From Candidatus Binatia bacterium (GTDB lineage: Bacteria; Desulfobacterota; Binatia; UBA12015): 62,173 bases of DNA. The position numbers and the translations under genes are program-made. The stretch is taken from contig JAIEPK010000143.1 in assembly GCA_019749875.1 (NCBI GenBank), forward strand, positions 73,531 to 135,703, written 5' to 3'. Below the pieces are notes generated by a model that saw only the letters and a list, made by a program, of their open reading frames with translations, was not told where the DNA came from and did no database searches. Positions 20,680-29,729 of this stretch are shown piece by piece. The stretch's first letter is position 1. Each line of letters begins with the position of its first letter.

Positions 20680-21224
20680 GGCGCCAGCAGCCCGATCATG
20701 TGGCCGAGCTCGGGCGCGATGAGCCTGGTCACACCGAGCTCGACGGCCTTGGTCGAGCCGGGCAACGCAAAGACCACGGTACGACCGATCACCCCGCCGA
20801 GCGCGCGCGACAGCATCGCGGCGGAGCCGATCTCGGCGTACGACAGGCTGCGGAAGAGCTCGCCGAAGCCGTGCAGGGGCTTCTCGAGCAGCCCGTCGAT
20901 CGCCTCGTAGGTCACGTCCCGCGGCGCGATGCCGGTGCCGCCGGTGAGCACCACCGCATCGATCTCGGGATCGGCGACTGCCGCGCGAACGAGCGCGCTG
21001 ATGGACGCTCGGTCGTCGGTGACGATCTCGCGACTCCGGACCACGTGGCCTGCCGCGGTGAGCAGATCGCTCGCGCGCTGACCGCTCTTGTCGCTGGCGA
21101 GATCCCGCGTGTCGCTGACGGTGATCACCATGCACCGTGCCGCGCGCTTGCCGTGCGCGCGGTGCTGCTCGACGGGGCTTTGCGCGTCCTTGCCGGGGCC
21201 GTGCTGGTGGTGTCCGTGGCTCAC
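20676..21224 (-). CDS. moaB: Molybdenum cofactor biosynthesis protein MoaB/MogA
   Basis: ITVSD, DKSG, TGGTGIAPRDVT, GFGELFR, LPGS; His-rich N-terminus. Confidence 0.9.
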   Translation of the reverse strand: MSHGHHQHGPGKDAQSPVEQHRAHGKRAARCMVITVSDTRDLASDKSGQRASDLLTAAGHVVRSREIVTDDRASISALVRAAVADPEIDAVVLTGGTGIAPRDVTYEAIDGLLEKPLHGFGELFRSLSYAEIGSAAMLSRALGGVIGRTVVFALPGSTKAVELGVTRLIAPELGHMIGLLAP

Positions 21225-22168
21225 GCGACGCTCACCCCGGACGCCTGGCCACACGCGACCAGCTGCAGCGCGCCCGCCGGAGCGAGGTGGCCGAGCTCCG
21301 TTGGGTGCAGGATGCCCGCCAGGATCTCGGCCGACTCCGCAAGCCGTGGGCCGGGCCGGTTGAAGTACGAGCTGCCGTCGACCGCGAAGACACGTCCACT
21401 GCGGACCGCGGGCAGCGCCTGCCCGCGGGGCTCGCGAAGCAGCTCGCTCAGCTCGGCCACGGTGCGCGCGAGGGTGAAGCCGCACGGCATCGCGCAGAGC
21501 ACCTCGGGCCGATCGTCGACCAGCGCCTGCCACTCGAGCCACGTGCTGTGCGCGCCCGGCGACGCGAGCGTGCTCGTCCCCCCCGCAGCGGCTGCGAGAT
21601 CCGGCACCCAGTTGCCGGCGGCCATCAGGGGCGCGAGCCACTCGATGCAGGCGAGGCGCCGTAGCGGCAGCGCCGCGGTGCGCTCCGCGAGCGCGGACAC
21701 GCGCGCGCGCAGGCCGTTCGCCACCGCGCGGCCGCGCGGTGCGATTCCCGCGGCTTCGGCCACCGTCTCGACGTCGTGCCAAACGTCCTCGAGCCGGGCC
21801 GGTCGCAGCGAAACGATCTCGGTTCCGGGATGCGCGAGCTGCCGGACCGCGTCGCGCACGGTGTCGTACGACACCGCACAGACGTCACACTGGTCCTGGG
21901 TGACGATCAGGTCTGGCTGCAGGTCGCGCAGCCGATCGACGTCGATCGCATACAGGCCGAGGCCGTCCGCGAGCAGGGTGCGGACGTCGCGGTCGATGTC
22001 CGCGCTCGGTCGCGACGCATCGAGCTTGGCGCGTGTCAGGACGGGCAGTCCGACGACGTCCGCCGGGAAGTCGCACTCGTGCGACACCCCGACCAGAGCG
22101 TCACGAAGGCCGAGCGCGCAGACGATCTCGGTCGCGCTCGGCAGAAGAGAGACGATGCGCAGGCTCAT
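21221..22168 (-). CDS. BtuF-like (cobalamin/Fe-siderophore-type) binding protein without signal peptide
   Basis: RIVSLLPSATEIVCALG, GVSHECDFP, FNRPGPRL. Confidence 0.85.
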   Translation of the reverse strand: MSLRIVSLLPSATEIVCALGLRDALVGVSHECDFPADVVGLPVLTRAKLDASRPSADIDRDVRTLLADGLGLYAIDVDRLRDLQPDLIVTQDQCDVCAVSYDTVRDAVRQLAHPGTEIVSLRPARLEDVWHDVETVAEAAGIAPRGRAVANGLRARVSALAERTAALPLRRLACIEWLAPLMAAGNWVPDLAAAAGGTSTLASPGAHSTWLEWQALVDDRPEVLCAMPCGFTLARTVAELSELLREPRGQALPAVRSGRVFAVDGSSYFNRPGPRLAESAEILAGILHPTELGHLAPAGALQLVACGQASGVSVA

Positions 22169-22368
22169 GCGAGCAGCGACCGCACCGGTCGCGGCGGGTC
22201 TTCCATCTTGTCGCCGCACGAGCTGCCGCAGCGCACGCAGACGAATTCGTACTTGTCGCCCTCCGGCAGGCACAGCAGCAGGCGCTTGCGCACCGGCTGT
22301 GCGACGCGGCAGCGGGGACAGAGCAGAAGCGAGGCCTCGATCCCATCGAATTGCTTGCCCGGCATCAT
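22165..22368 (-). CDS. Small zinc-ribbon protein
   Basis: CPRC...CVRC in 67 aa; 4-bp overlap with downstream gene. Confidence 0.7.
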   Translation of the reverse strand: MMPGKQFDGIEASLLLCPRCRVAQPVRKRLLLCLPEGDKYEFVCVRCGSSCGDKMEDPPRPVRSLLA

Positions 22369-22461
22369 GCCCTGGCCATCTAGCCGCCTGTGCGGCTTCC
22401 AGACAAGACCCGCGTCGGTGTTGCGTTGCGGGGCGCGCGACCGCTTCGGTATGGGAAGCCG

Positions 22462-23835
22462 GTGCTGACGACCGAGCCCGACGAGCGGAACACCGCAGAC
22501 GGCGCACGGCCCGCGTGCGACGCCGGCCCGGCGGTACCGCGCCGGGTCTTCCTCGAGACCTATGGCTGCCAGATGAACGTGGCGGACTCCGAGCTGGTGA
22601 GCGGCATCCTGCGCCGCGCCGGCTACGAGCGGACGCCCGACCCAAGCAACGCCGACGTCCTGCTGGTCAACACCTGCGCCATCCGCGAGAACGCGGAGGA
22701 GCGCGTGCTCGGGCGGGTCTCGGACCTCCTTCGCCACAAGCTGGAGCGGCCGGGGGTCCAGCTCGGCCTGCTCGGCTGCGTCGCCACGCACCAGCGCGAG
22801 CGTCTGCTCGACCGCGCGCCCTACCTCGACGTCATCGTCGGACCCGACGGCTACCGCGACCTCCCCGACCTGCTGCGCCGCGACGACGAGCCGCAGCTCG
22901 AGCTCCGGCTCGACCGCGGCGAGACCTACGCCGGCCTCGCGCCAGACCTCGCACCGGGGCCGCGAGCCTTTCTCACCGTCATGCGGGGCTGCGACAAGTT
23001 CTGCACCTTCTGCATCGTGCCGTTCACTCGCGGGCGCGAGCGCAGCGTGCCCGCTGCCGCCGTGCTCGAGCAGGTGCGGGCCGCCGTCGACGCGGGCAAG
23101 CGCGAGGTGGTCTTCCTCGGGCAGACCGTGAACGCGTATCGCGCCGACGACGTGGACTTCGCGGAGCTCCTGCGGCGCACCGCGCGCGTCGACGGCGTGG
23201 AGCGCATCCGCTTCACCTCGCCGCACCCCTCCGATGTGAGCGATGGCCTGATCGAGGTCTTCGCGAGCGAGCCGAAGGTGATGCCGTACCTGCACCTTCC
23301 GCTGCAGTCGGCGTCGAACCGGATCCTCGAGGCCATGCGCCGTGACTACACGATCGAGGCGTACCTGCGGCTGCTCGAGCGCGTCCGCGCGGCGGTGCCG
23401 GGGATCGCGGTGTCGACCGACGTCATCGTCGGATTTCCCGGCGAGGAGGAGCGCGACTTCGCCGAGACCGAGGCGTTCCTCCGCGAGGCGCGCTACGACT
23501 TCGCGTATCTCTTCAAGTACTCGGCACGCGAGGGAACGCGCGCCGCTCGGATTGCGGAGACCGTTTCCGAGGAGCGCAAGCGAGAGCGCCTCGAAGGACT
23601 GATCGCGGTCCAAGAACGGATCGGGCTCGAGCTGAACCGCGCGTACGTCGGTCGCGAGGTCGAGATCCTGGTCGAGGGGCCGGCCAAGCGACCGCCGGCG
23701 CACGCAGCCGGGAAGACGCCGACGTTCAAGACGACGATCTTTCCCACCGACGACGTCCGGCCGGGATCCCTCGTGCGAGTCCGCGTGGAGGGCGCCACGG
23801 CGCACACCCTCACCGGCGTGGCCGTCGCCGGGTGA
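22462..23835 (+). CDS. miaB: tRNA-i6A37 methylthiotransferase MiaB
   Basis: TYGCQMN, NTCAIRE, radical SAM CDKFCTFC, DVIVGFPGE, C-terminal TRAM domain. Confidence 0.94.
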   Translation: MLTTEPDERNTADGARPACDAGPAVPRRVFLETYGCQMNVADSELVSGILRRAGYERTPDPSNADVLLVNTCAIRENAEERVLGRVSDLLRHKLERPGVQLGLLGCVATHQRERLLDRAPYLDVIVGPDGYRDLPDLLRRDDEPQLELRLDRGETYAGLAPDLAPGPRAFLTVMRGCDKFCTFCIVPFTRGRERSVPAAAVLEQVRAAVDAGKREVVFLGQTVNAYRADDVDFAELLRRTARVDGVERIRFTSPHPSDVSDGLIEVFASEPKVMPYLHLPLQSASNRILEAMRRDYTIEAYLRLLERVRAAVPGIAVSTDVIVGFPGEEERDFAETEAFLREARYDFAYLFKYSAREGTRAARIAETVSEERKRERLEGLIAVQERIGLELNRAYVGREVEILVEGPAKRPPAHAAGKTPTFKTTIFPTDDVRPGSLVRVRVEGATAHTLTGVAVAG

Positions 23836-25314
23836 TCAGAGCCCGCGCCGGTCGCGCCAGCGCCGGTAGCGGAACAGATGCTCGAGCGCCGTCGCTGCCT
23901 GGTGCGACGAGGCGTACGCGAACGCGCCCAGCTCCTTGAGCTTGACGATGCCGGGGTTGCCCGGCTGCGCATCGGCGAGCTCGGTCGCCACCAGCACCGG
24001 CTTTGCGTACTTGCGGGACAGCTCGACCGCCGCCGTCGCGTACCGGGTGTCCTGCCGTTCGTGGTACTCGACGATGCGCTCGAGGCCGTGTGCCGGGTAG
24101 AAACGGCTGCGCCGCTCGAGATCGCCGAGGTTCGACTGGATGCCGACGCCGAGCAGCACCACCGCGTCGACGTCGGAGTGCGCCACCGCCAGCTCGAGAC
24201 ACTCGAGCACCGTGTCGCGCGTCTCGCTGCCCGCCAGGTCCGCCGGGTTGTTGCGGCTCCAGCGCGGCGGCAGCTTGGCATCGAACGCGGCGCGCAGATC
24301 GGCGGGCAGCGGCAGAAGCTGCAGATCGCGCGACTGCGAGATGCGATCCGCGGTGATCACGCCCCAGCCGCCGGCCGTCGTCAGCACGAACACGCGCGGT
24401 CCGCGCGGCAGCGGCTGTGCTGCGAAGCTCGCTGCGATCTCGAACGCCTCCTCGACGGTCGCCGCACGGCTGAGCCCTGCTTGACGGCACATGCCGTCGA
24501 AGACGCGGTCGTTCGTCGCGAGCGCCCCGGTATGCGAGGCGGCGGCACGCGCTCCGCCTGCGGTGATGCCTCCCTTCAGCACGACGATCGGCTTCTGCGC
24601 CGCGGCCGCGCGTGCCTTCTCGAAGAAGGCGCGACCGTCGGCGAGCCCCTCGACGTAGATCAGGCTGACATCCGTCGCCGGGTCCGACGCGAAGTACTCC
24701 AGGTAGTCCGCGACGCTGGTCGATGCCGAGTTGCCGGCCGACACGGCGCGGCTCACGCCGACGCCGGTCGACCGCGCATAGTTCAGGAAGGCCTGTACGA
24801 AGCCACCGGACTGGCTCGCGACCGCGATCCGACCCGCGGGCGGGTAGGGCGCGATGATCTGGGCGCACAACCCGACCGGCGTCGAGATGATGCCCTGTCC
24901 GTTCGGACCCGCGAGCAGGATGCCCAGCTCGTCGCAGAGCGACGCGAGCTCGCGCTCGGCGCGAAGCCCCTCCTCGCCGGCTTCGCCGAATCCCGCGGAG
25001 CTCACGAACGCGGCCGTGACGCCCTTGTTCGCGCAGGAGCGCAGCAAGTCCGGGATCGATGCGGGCGGCGTGCAGACGAAGACCAGATCGGCCGCGCCGT
25101 CCGGGATCTCGTCGACCGAGCGATAGGTCTGCTCGTCGAGGATCGTGCCGCCCTCGCGGTTCGTCAAGAATACGCGGCCGGCATAGCCGTGCGCGAGGAT
25201 GTTGTGCGCCGCCACGAAGCCGAACTTGCCCGGGTGGCTCGATGCCCCGGCGACGATGACGCCCTTGGGTTCAAACAGCGCGCGGTAGCGTGCGAGATCC
25301 TGCGCGCAGCTCAT
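23836..25314 (-). CDS. ADP-forming acyl-CoA synthetase, CoA-binding (alpha-like) subunit
   Basis: CoA-binding domain, GPNGQG, SQSGG, ASHTGAL phospho-His, NNPADL. Confidence 0.88.
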   Translation of the reverse strand: MSCAQDLARYRALFEPKGVIVAGASSHPGKFGFVAAHNILAHGYAGRVFLTNREGGTILDEQTYRSVDEIPDGAADLVFVCTPPASIPDLLRSCANKGVTAAFVSSAGFGEAGEEGLRAERELASLCDELGILLAGPNGQGIISTPVGLCAQIIAPYPPAGRIAVASQSGGFVQAFLNYARSTGVGVSRAVSAGNSASTSVADYLEYFASDPATDVSLIYVEGLADGRAFFEKARAAAAQKPIVVLKGGITAGGARAAASHTGALATNDRVFDGMCRQAGLSRAATVEEAFEIAASFAAQPLPRGPRVFVLTTAGGWGVITADRISQSRDLQLLPLPADLRAAFDAKLPPRWSRNNPADLAGSETRDTVLECLELAVAHSDVDAVVLLGVGIQSNLGDLERRSRFYPAHGLERIVEYHERQDTRYATAAVELSRKYAKPVLVATELADAQPGNPGIVKLKELGAFAYASSHQAATALEHLFRYRRWRDRRGL

Positions 25315-25967
25315 CCCTCGACCTCGATCAAGGCATCCACGGCGATTGGCAGGCCGTTCGCGACGATCAATGGATTGACGTCGATCGAGCGAACGCGTGC
25401 ATCCTCCTCGGCGACCTTGCCGAGGCCGACGAGAACGTCGACCAGCCGCTCACGATCCACCGCGGGCTCACCGCGGAAGGGCCCGAGCCACGCCCGGTGC
25501 GTGAGGTCGTCGAGCATCTCCTCGGCGTCGGTGCGCGATACGGGGACCAGCCGGAAAACGACGTCGGCGAGGATCTCGGCGAAGATTCCACCGATGCCGA
25601 GCATCACGCAGCGCCCGAAGGTCGGATCGGTCGCGAGGCCCGCGATGAGCTCCCGTTTGCCGGCGACCATGCGTGCAACCAGCAGATCGACGCGACCATC
25701 CTCCGGGCGGGCGGCCGCGAGGAGCTCGGTCGATGCCGTGCGGACGGCGTCGCCGTCGCGTAGCCCGAGCCGAACCAGCCCGCGCTCGGTCTTGTGCGCG
25801 ATCGCCGGCCCGCAGAGCTTGACCGCGATCGGGAAGCCGAGCTCCGAGGCGGCGATGGCCGCCTCCTCCGCGCTGGAGCAGAGTCGCTCCTCCGCAACTG
25901 GAATCCCGGCTGCCGCGAGGCGGTGCTTCGATTCCCACTCCGAAAGGGTCGAGGTCGAGGGTGACAC
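25311..25967 (-). CDS. ADP-forming acyl-CoA synthetase, ATP-grasp (beta-like) subunit
   Basis: LSEWESK, GFPIAVK, HKTERGLV, DPTFG, DVNPL, AVDAL. Confidence 0.88.
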   Translation of the reverse strand: MSPSTSTLSEWESKHRLAAAGIPVAEERLCSSAEEAAIAASELGFPIAVKLCGPAIAHKTERGLVRLGLRDGDAVRTASTELLAAARPEDGRVDLLVARMVAGKRELIAGLATDPTFGRCVMLGIGGIFAEILADVVFRLVPVSRTDAEEMLDDLTHRAWLGPFRGEPAVDRERLVDVLVGLGKVAEEDARVRSIDVNPLIVANGLPIAVDALIEVEG

Positions 25968-26029
25968 GGCGCCTTGCGTACTATCCGGGGCCGTGACCGC
26001 AAGCGGTCCGCGCAGGGCCCGCCACGAAG

Positions 26030-26061
26030 AAGGGGGAGCGGGCTTTGCCCCGCTCCCCCTT
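26030..26061 (-). terminator. Intrinsic terminator-like hairpin after CAP gene
   Basis: 13-bp perfect stem AAGGGGGAGCGGG/CCCGCTCCCCCTT, followed on the minus strand by CTTCGTGGC. Confidence 0.65.
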
Positions 26062-26140
26062 CCGGATGTCGACCGCTCTTCACCCGAACCTGGTGGGTGA
26101 GGCCGCATCCGTTCGGCGGCCGTCGAAGCGCTTACGGACG

Positions 26141-27508
26141 TCAGTCGACGAACAGGCCGTTGGTCTTCATCTGGCCATCTCCCGACGCGGTGAACGTCTC
26201 GCCGTCTATCGTCACCGACACCGAGACGGTCCCGGCTGCGAGACCCGCGAGCGACTCTTCGCGCGCGACGAAGCGCATGGTCCAAGCTCCGTCCTTGCCC
26301 TGGGTGAAGTTGAGCGTCGTGCTCGCATCGTACTTTGCGCGGTAGGCATTGGCGCGCTTGTTGATCTCGAGGCACGCTGCACCGCCGCAGAGCCGTGGCA
26401 GCGTCTGCGACCAGTCTCCGCTGCGGCCGAACGAAAGCTCGACGACGACCGGTCCCGAGGTCGGGTCGAAGTTGGCGATCTGGGGCAGCTTCGCCTGGAC
26501 CTGCACCACCCCCTGGCTCGCGTTGGACTTGCCGGGCTTGAGCGCGACGCGCAGCTTGCGGAGCTTGCTCGGGTCCGGCGTCGGCGTCGGAGCGGGCGTT
26601 GGCGTGGGGGTCGGGACGACGTTCGGTCCGCCGCAGTCCTGGGTCGGCACGGCCGTCGTGCGCTCCGCACAGTACGCGCCGCCGGCACCGACGCCGACCA
26701 GGATGGCCTCGTCCTTGGGGAAGCGGTGACGCGTGCCGTCCGCCTTGATCGCCTCGAAGACCACCGGCACGCAGCCGCTGCCGGTGAACGATCGGCTCGC
26801 TCCGTACGTGCCGTAGGCGGCCTTACCGCCCTGGAGCGTGAGGTTGACGCAGCCCGTGCCGACGAGCGCCCGCACGGCCTGTGGCGCTCCGCCGTTGGCG
26901 CTGTAGTAGGTTACGGCGAGGTCGCGCGCCGCACTGTCTCCATTCTGCGGCTGCACCGCGCCACCGGGCAATGCCGGGTACGCGGTGGCCGACATCATGC
27001 CACGGCTGCCGAAATCCTCGGTCGCGAACGCCAGCTTGCCGAAGTTGGTTTGACCGAGCGCGACGCCGGCGCCGAAATCGCTGAAGTTTGAATTGAGGAT
27101 GTTCGCCCGGTGACCGGCGCTGGACATCCACCCGTCATGCAGGATTTGCGGATCGCTGACCGACGTGGCGACGTTCTCGCCCAGCGCGACCCAGGCCGGG
27201 TAGTAGCGCTGGACGCGCTTGTACCAGAGCTCGCCGTTGCACGAGTTGTGCAGATCGCAGTTGCCGCCGTGCGCCGCGAGGTCTTCGCTGTGCGCGAGCG
27301 CAGCCGCCGCCAGATCGTCGTTCCAGATCAGCGGTGGAACGTTCGCTGCCGCGCGCGCCTGATTGGCGAGCACCAGCAGCTGCATCTCCTCACCGCTTGC
27401 GTGTGCAGGAGATACGGCAGCTGCCGTCCACCCTGCGATCAACAGTAGCGCCGCGATTCGCACACCCTCGAATCGCGGCATCCCGCCGCACCCCACGAAC
27501 CACCTCAT
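26141..27508 (-). CDS. Secreted CAP (SCP/Tpx-1/Ag5) domain protein with Pro-Thr linker and C-terminal beta domain
   Basis: Signal peptide; NQAR..L.WN..LA.AA..HS, GENVA, WMSSAGHRANIL; PTPTPTPAPTPTP linker. Confidence 0.88.
   Translation of the reverse strand: MRWFVGCGGMPRFEGVRIAALLLIAGWTAAAVSPAHASGEEMQLLVLANQARAAANVPPLIWNDDLAAAALAHSEDLAAHGGNCDLHNSCNGELWYKRVQRYYPAWVALGENVATSVSDPQILHDGWMSSAGHRANILNSNFSDFGAGVALGQTNFGKLAFATEDFGSRGMMSATAYPALPGGAVQPQNGDSAARDLAVTYYSANGGAPQAVRALVGTGCVNLTLQGGKAAYGTYGASRSFTGSGCVPVVFEAIKADGTRHRFPKDEAILVGVGAGGAYCAERTTAVPTQDCGGPNVVPTPTPTPAPTPTPDPSKLRKLRVALKPGKSNASQGVVQVQAKLPQIANFDPTSGPVVVELSFGRSGDWSQTLPRLCGGAACLEINKRANAYRAKYDASTTLNFTQGKDGAWTMRFVAREESLAGLAAGTVSVSVTIDGETFTASGDGQMKTNGLFVD
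26574..26616 (-). repeat. Pro-Thr dipeptide coding repeat (linker)
   Basis: Encodes PTPTPTPAPTPTPDP; boundaries approximate. Confidence 0.6.
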
Positions 27509-27573
27509 CGTGTACTCCCCCGGAGGCCCCACCCTCCGTACCTCGTCGTGGACAACTTCCGTGTGACTGCGAT

Positions 27574-27589
27574 GGCAATCGGAGTGCCA
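27574..27589 (-). promoter_or_regulatory. Sigma54 promoter of CAP gene
   Basis: TGGCACTCCGATTGCC matches TGGCAC-N5-TTGC exactly. Confidence 0.78.
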
Positions 27590-28129
27590 TCGAGCCGATG
27601 GGGGACGTGCCACGTGATGCGACGTGCCCTGCGAGGCGGCGGTGGACACCGCAGCTGTCTGGACATCTGCGCAGCCAAGCCGCCAAGTCCGCGAGGAGAC
27701 TCGATGCTCGAGCCGGTCGACGACCCATGTGAGCAGCGCGCTGCTGGCCCGGGAGCCATGCGGCGCGTCGTGGGCGCGACGCCAAATTCCCGCCACTGCG
27801 GCACGCCCATGTCGGGTTTCCGCGCGCGCTCCGCGGCACTTCGACGTGGCCGCGAAACGGCAACCTCCCCACGCGCGCACGGCATGCGCGCCTCACCACC
27901 AGTCTCCCCGTCACTTGCGGATTCCCCGAGCCGCAGGCATCCCACACCTGCGTCAAGCACCCGCGGTCGTGGGAGCGGTACGACGGAACAAGTCGGGACG
28001 ACCGCGGGCTCCGGGTGAGTTAGCCTGCGGCTCACGGGTTGTTCAACCCGTTTCCTGCTCGCGGCGCCGATTTGCGCTTTGGGCGAGCGACCGCTTGCGC
28101 GGATCCTGTTGCGGGATGCGCCACGAAGA

Positions 28130-28157
28130 AGGGCCGCCGGATCTCTCCGGCGGCCCT
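28130..28157 (-). terminator. Intrinsic terminator-like hairpin
   Basis: 12-bp perfect stem AGGGCCGCCGGA/TCCGGCGGCCCT with 4-nt loop, about 50 nt after stop of 28209..29303. Confidence 0.7.
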
Positions 28158-28208
28158 CGTTTGCGGGTGCCGCTGCCTTGCCGCAGCGGCACCCGGCTCC
28201 GGGATCGC

Positions 28209-29303
28209 TCAGCCGTGGTCGGCCGGCTGGCAGACGCCGAACAGGTTCAGCTGCCAACCGAACGACTTGCGCTCCCACGTCTTGACGCCCGTGGTCCACG
28301 ACTGGCCGCCGACGGTGAACGCGGTCGTGATGTCCGGGTTGTCCGATGGCAGGGTGGTGTCGGGCTGCAGATCCTTGCTGTAGCCCTGGATGTCGAGGCG
28401 GAAGGCACCGGGGGCGTCGTCACGCTCGGCGAGCTTGATCTTGAAGATGCCGCCCGTCACGTCGGCGTTGTTGTTGGTGTACGTGAACGCGTCTCCACCG
28501 TTCACCAGCGAGCCCGGGGGCAGCGTGAACGAGAAGATCTGACCGCCCGAGTTGCTCATCGCGACGGTGAACGGCTGCGTCGCCGGGTTGAAGCCTGGGC
28601 CCGGCACGATGATCGCGTGCACCTCGAAGAAGTCAGGCTTGTTGAAGTCGCCGATGAAGCGAATCTTGTTCGGGCAGAGGTGCGGGCAGTCGCACGGCTG
28701 GTTGCCCTGCTGCGGGGTCACGAACGTGCAGCCCTCGGCCGAGCAGCTGACGCAGCCCTGATCCGGCGGCGTGATGCAGGCGGTCAGCGCGCAGACGCCG
28801 GTGCCGGCGCGGATGCCCAGCGGCGGGCCGGAGTCGGCGATCATTTTCAGCTTGATGGTCGCCACGGCCACCGGGGTGTTGTTGTTCGGCAGCGCGATGC
28901 CCCCGGCCGCGAGATTGATCACGACTGCGGTTGCACCCTGCGCGGCGCAGCTCGTCACCTGACCGGTCTTGGTCACGCAGCCGGCCTGCGGACCCGCGAC
29001 GAACTGGATGGCGCCCGACTGCTGGGTGGAGCAGCCGCAATCCGTACAGCCGAGATCGATCGTGATCGGTCCGTTCAGCGTCGCCGGCGCGGCCGGACCC
29101 GGAGGAAGCGGCGTCTGCGAGCTCGTGTTGACGACCGAAACCGTGACTTCGAACTCCTCACCCGGCGCGAGCTGCAGCTGCTTCGACGGGGAGAGGATGA
29201 TCGAGCCGCTGGCCTGGATCGCATGTGCGGCCGGTGCCGCGATCAGGCCGATTCCGGCCAGCATCGCCAGCAGCGCGAGGGTGGTGCGAACCGCTCTTCT
29301 CAT
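28209..29303 (-). CDS. Cys-rich secreted hypothetical protein
   Basis: AAGGAG RBS; signal peptide ending PAAHA; about 12 Cys in N-terminal/middle region; beta-rich C-terminal domain. Confidence 0.8.
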   Translation of the reverse strand: MRRAVRTTLALLAMLAGIGLIAAPAAHAIQASGSIILSPSKQLQLAPGEEFEVTVSVVNTSSQTPLPPGPAAPATLNGPITIDLGCTDCGCSTQQSGAIQFVAGPQAGCVTKTGQVTSCAAQGATAVVINLAAGGIALPNNNTPVAVATIKLKMIADSGPPLGIRAGTGVCALTACITPPDQGCVSCSAEGCTFVTPQQGNQPCDCPHLCPNKIRFIGDFNKPDFFEVHAIIVPGPGFNPATQPFTVAMSNSGGQIFSFTLPPGSLVNGGDAFTYTNNNADVTGGIFKIKLAERDDAPGAFRLDIQGYSKDLQPDTTLPSDNPDITTAFTVGGQSWTTGVKTWERKSFGWQLNLFGVCQPADHG

Positions 29304-29536
29304 CTTCCGATTCTCCTTGTGCGTGCTCCGGGGAGGAGCCACGTGCCCCGGCGGGGGCGATTGATCCGGACCAATAGGGGAGGGGGATCGGGTACCGTGT
29401 GCGACTCGATCGGGAGCACGCCGACCTCCACCACATAGACGAAGCTGGAGGCTCGACGATAACAGCAGAAATTCTGCTACCTTACCGGACAGCCACTGGT
29501 ACGATCCGCCCTCGCAAGAGTCAAGCGTTATTCCGG

Positions 29537-29552
29537 TGCAAGCCGCATACCG
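29537..29552 (-). promoter_or_regulatory. Possible sigma54 promoter
   Basis: CGGTATGCGGCTTGCA: GG-N10-GC spacing, good -12 box, imperfect -24 box. Confidence 0.35.
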
Positions 29553-29700
29553 CATGTACGGACGAGTGCCGTGTCGAGGATTCTTGCGACCCTGGCGGCC
29601 GACCCTGGATCGCGCGTCGCGCGACCAGACGATCTCGGTGCTCGCGAAGCCAACGCGTGTTGCCTGTCCGTAAAGCAGCGTGGACGCGACGACGCGCCCG

Positions 29701-29719
29701 CGTCTCACATCGTGAGACG
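29701..29719 (-). terminator. Hairpin immediately after Omp85-fusion stop codon
   Basis: CGTCTCAC-ATC-GTGAGACG; no U-tract. Confidence 0.3.
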
Positions 29720-29729
29720 TGGCGGCGGA

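Noticed and set aside
20413-21135. 240-aa ORF suggesting a MoaD with a long N-terminal extension
   Set aside because: The upstream part is an off-frame overlap with moaB; the real moaD starts at GTG 20679
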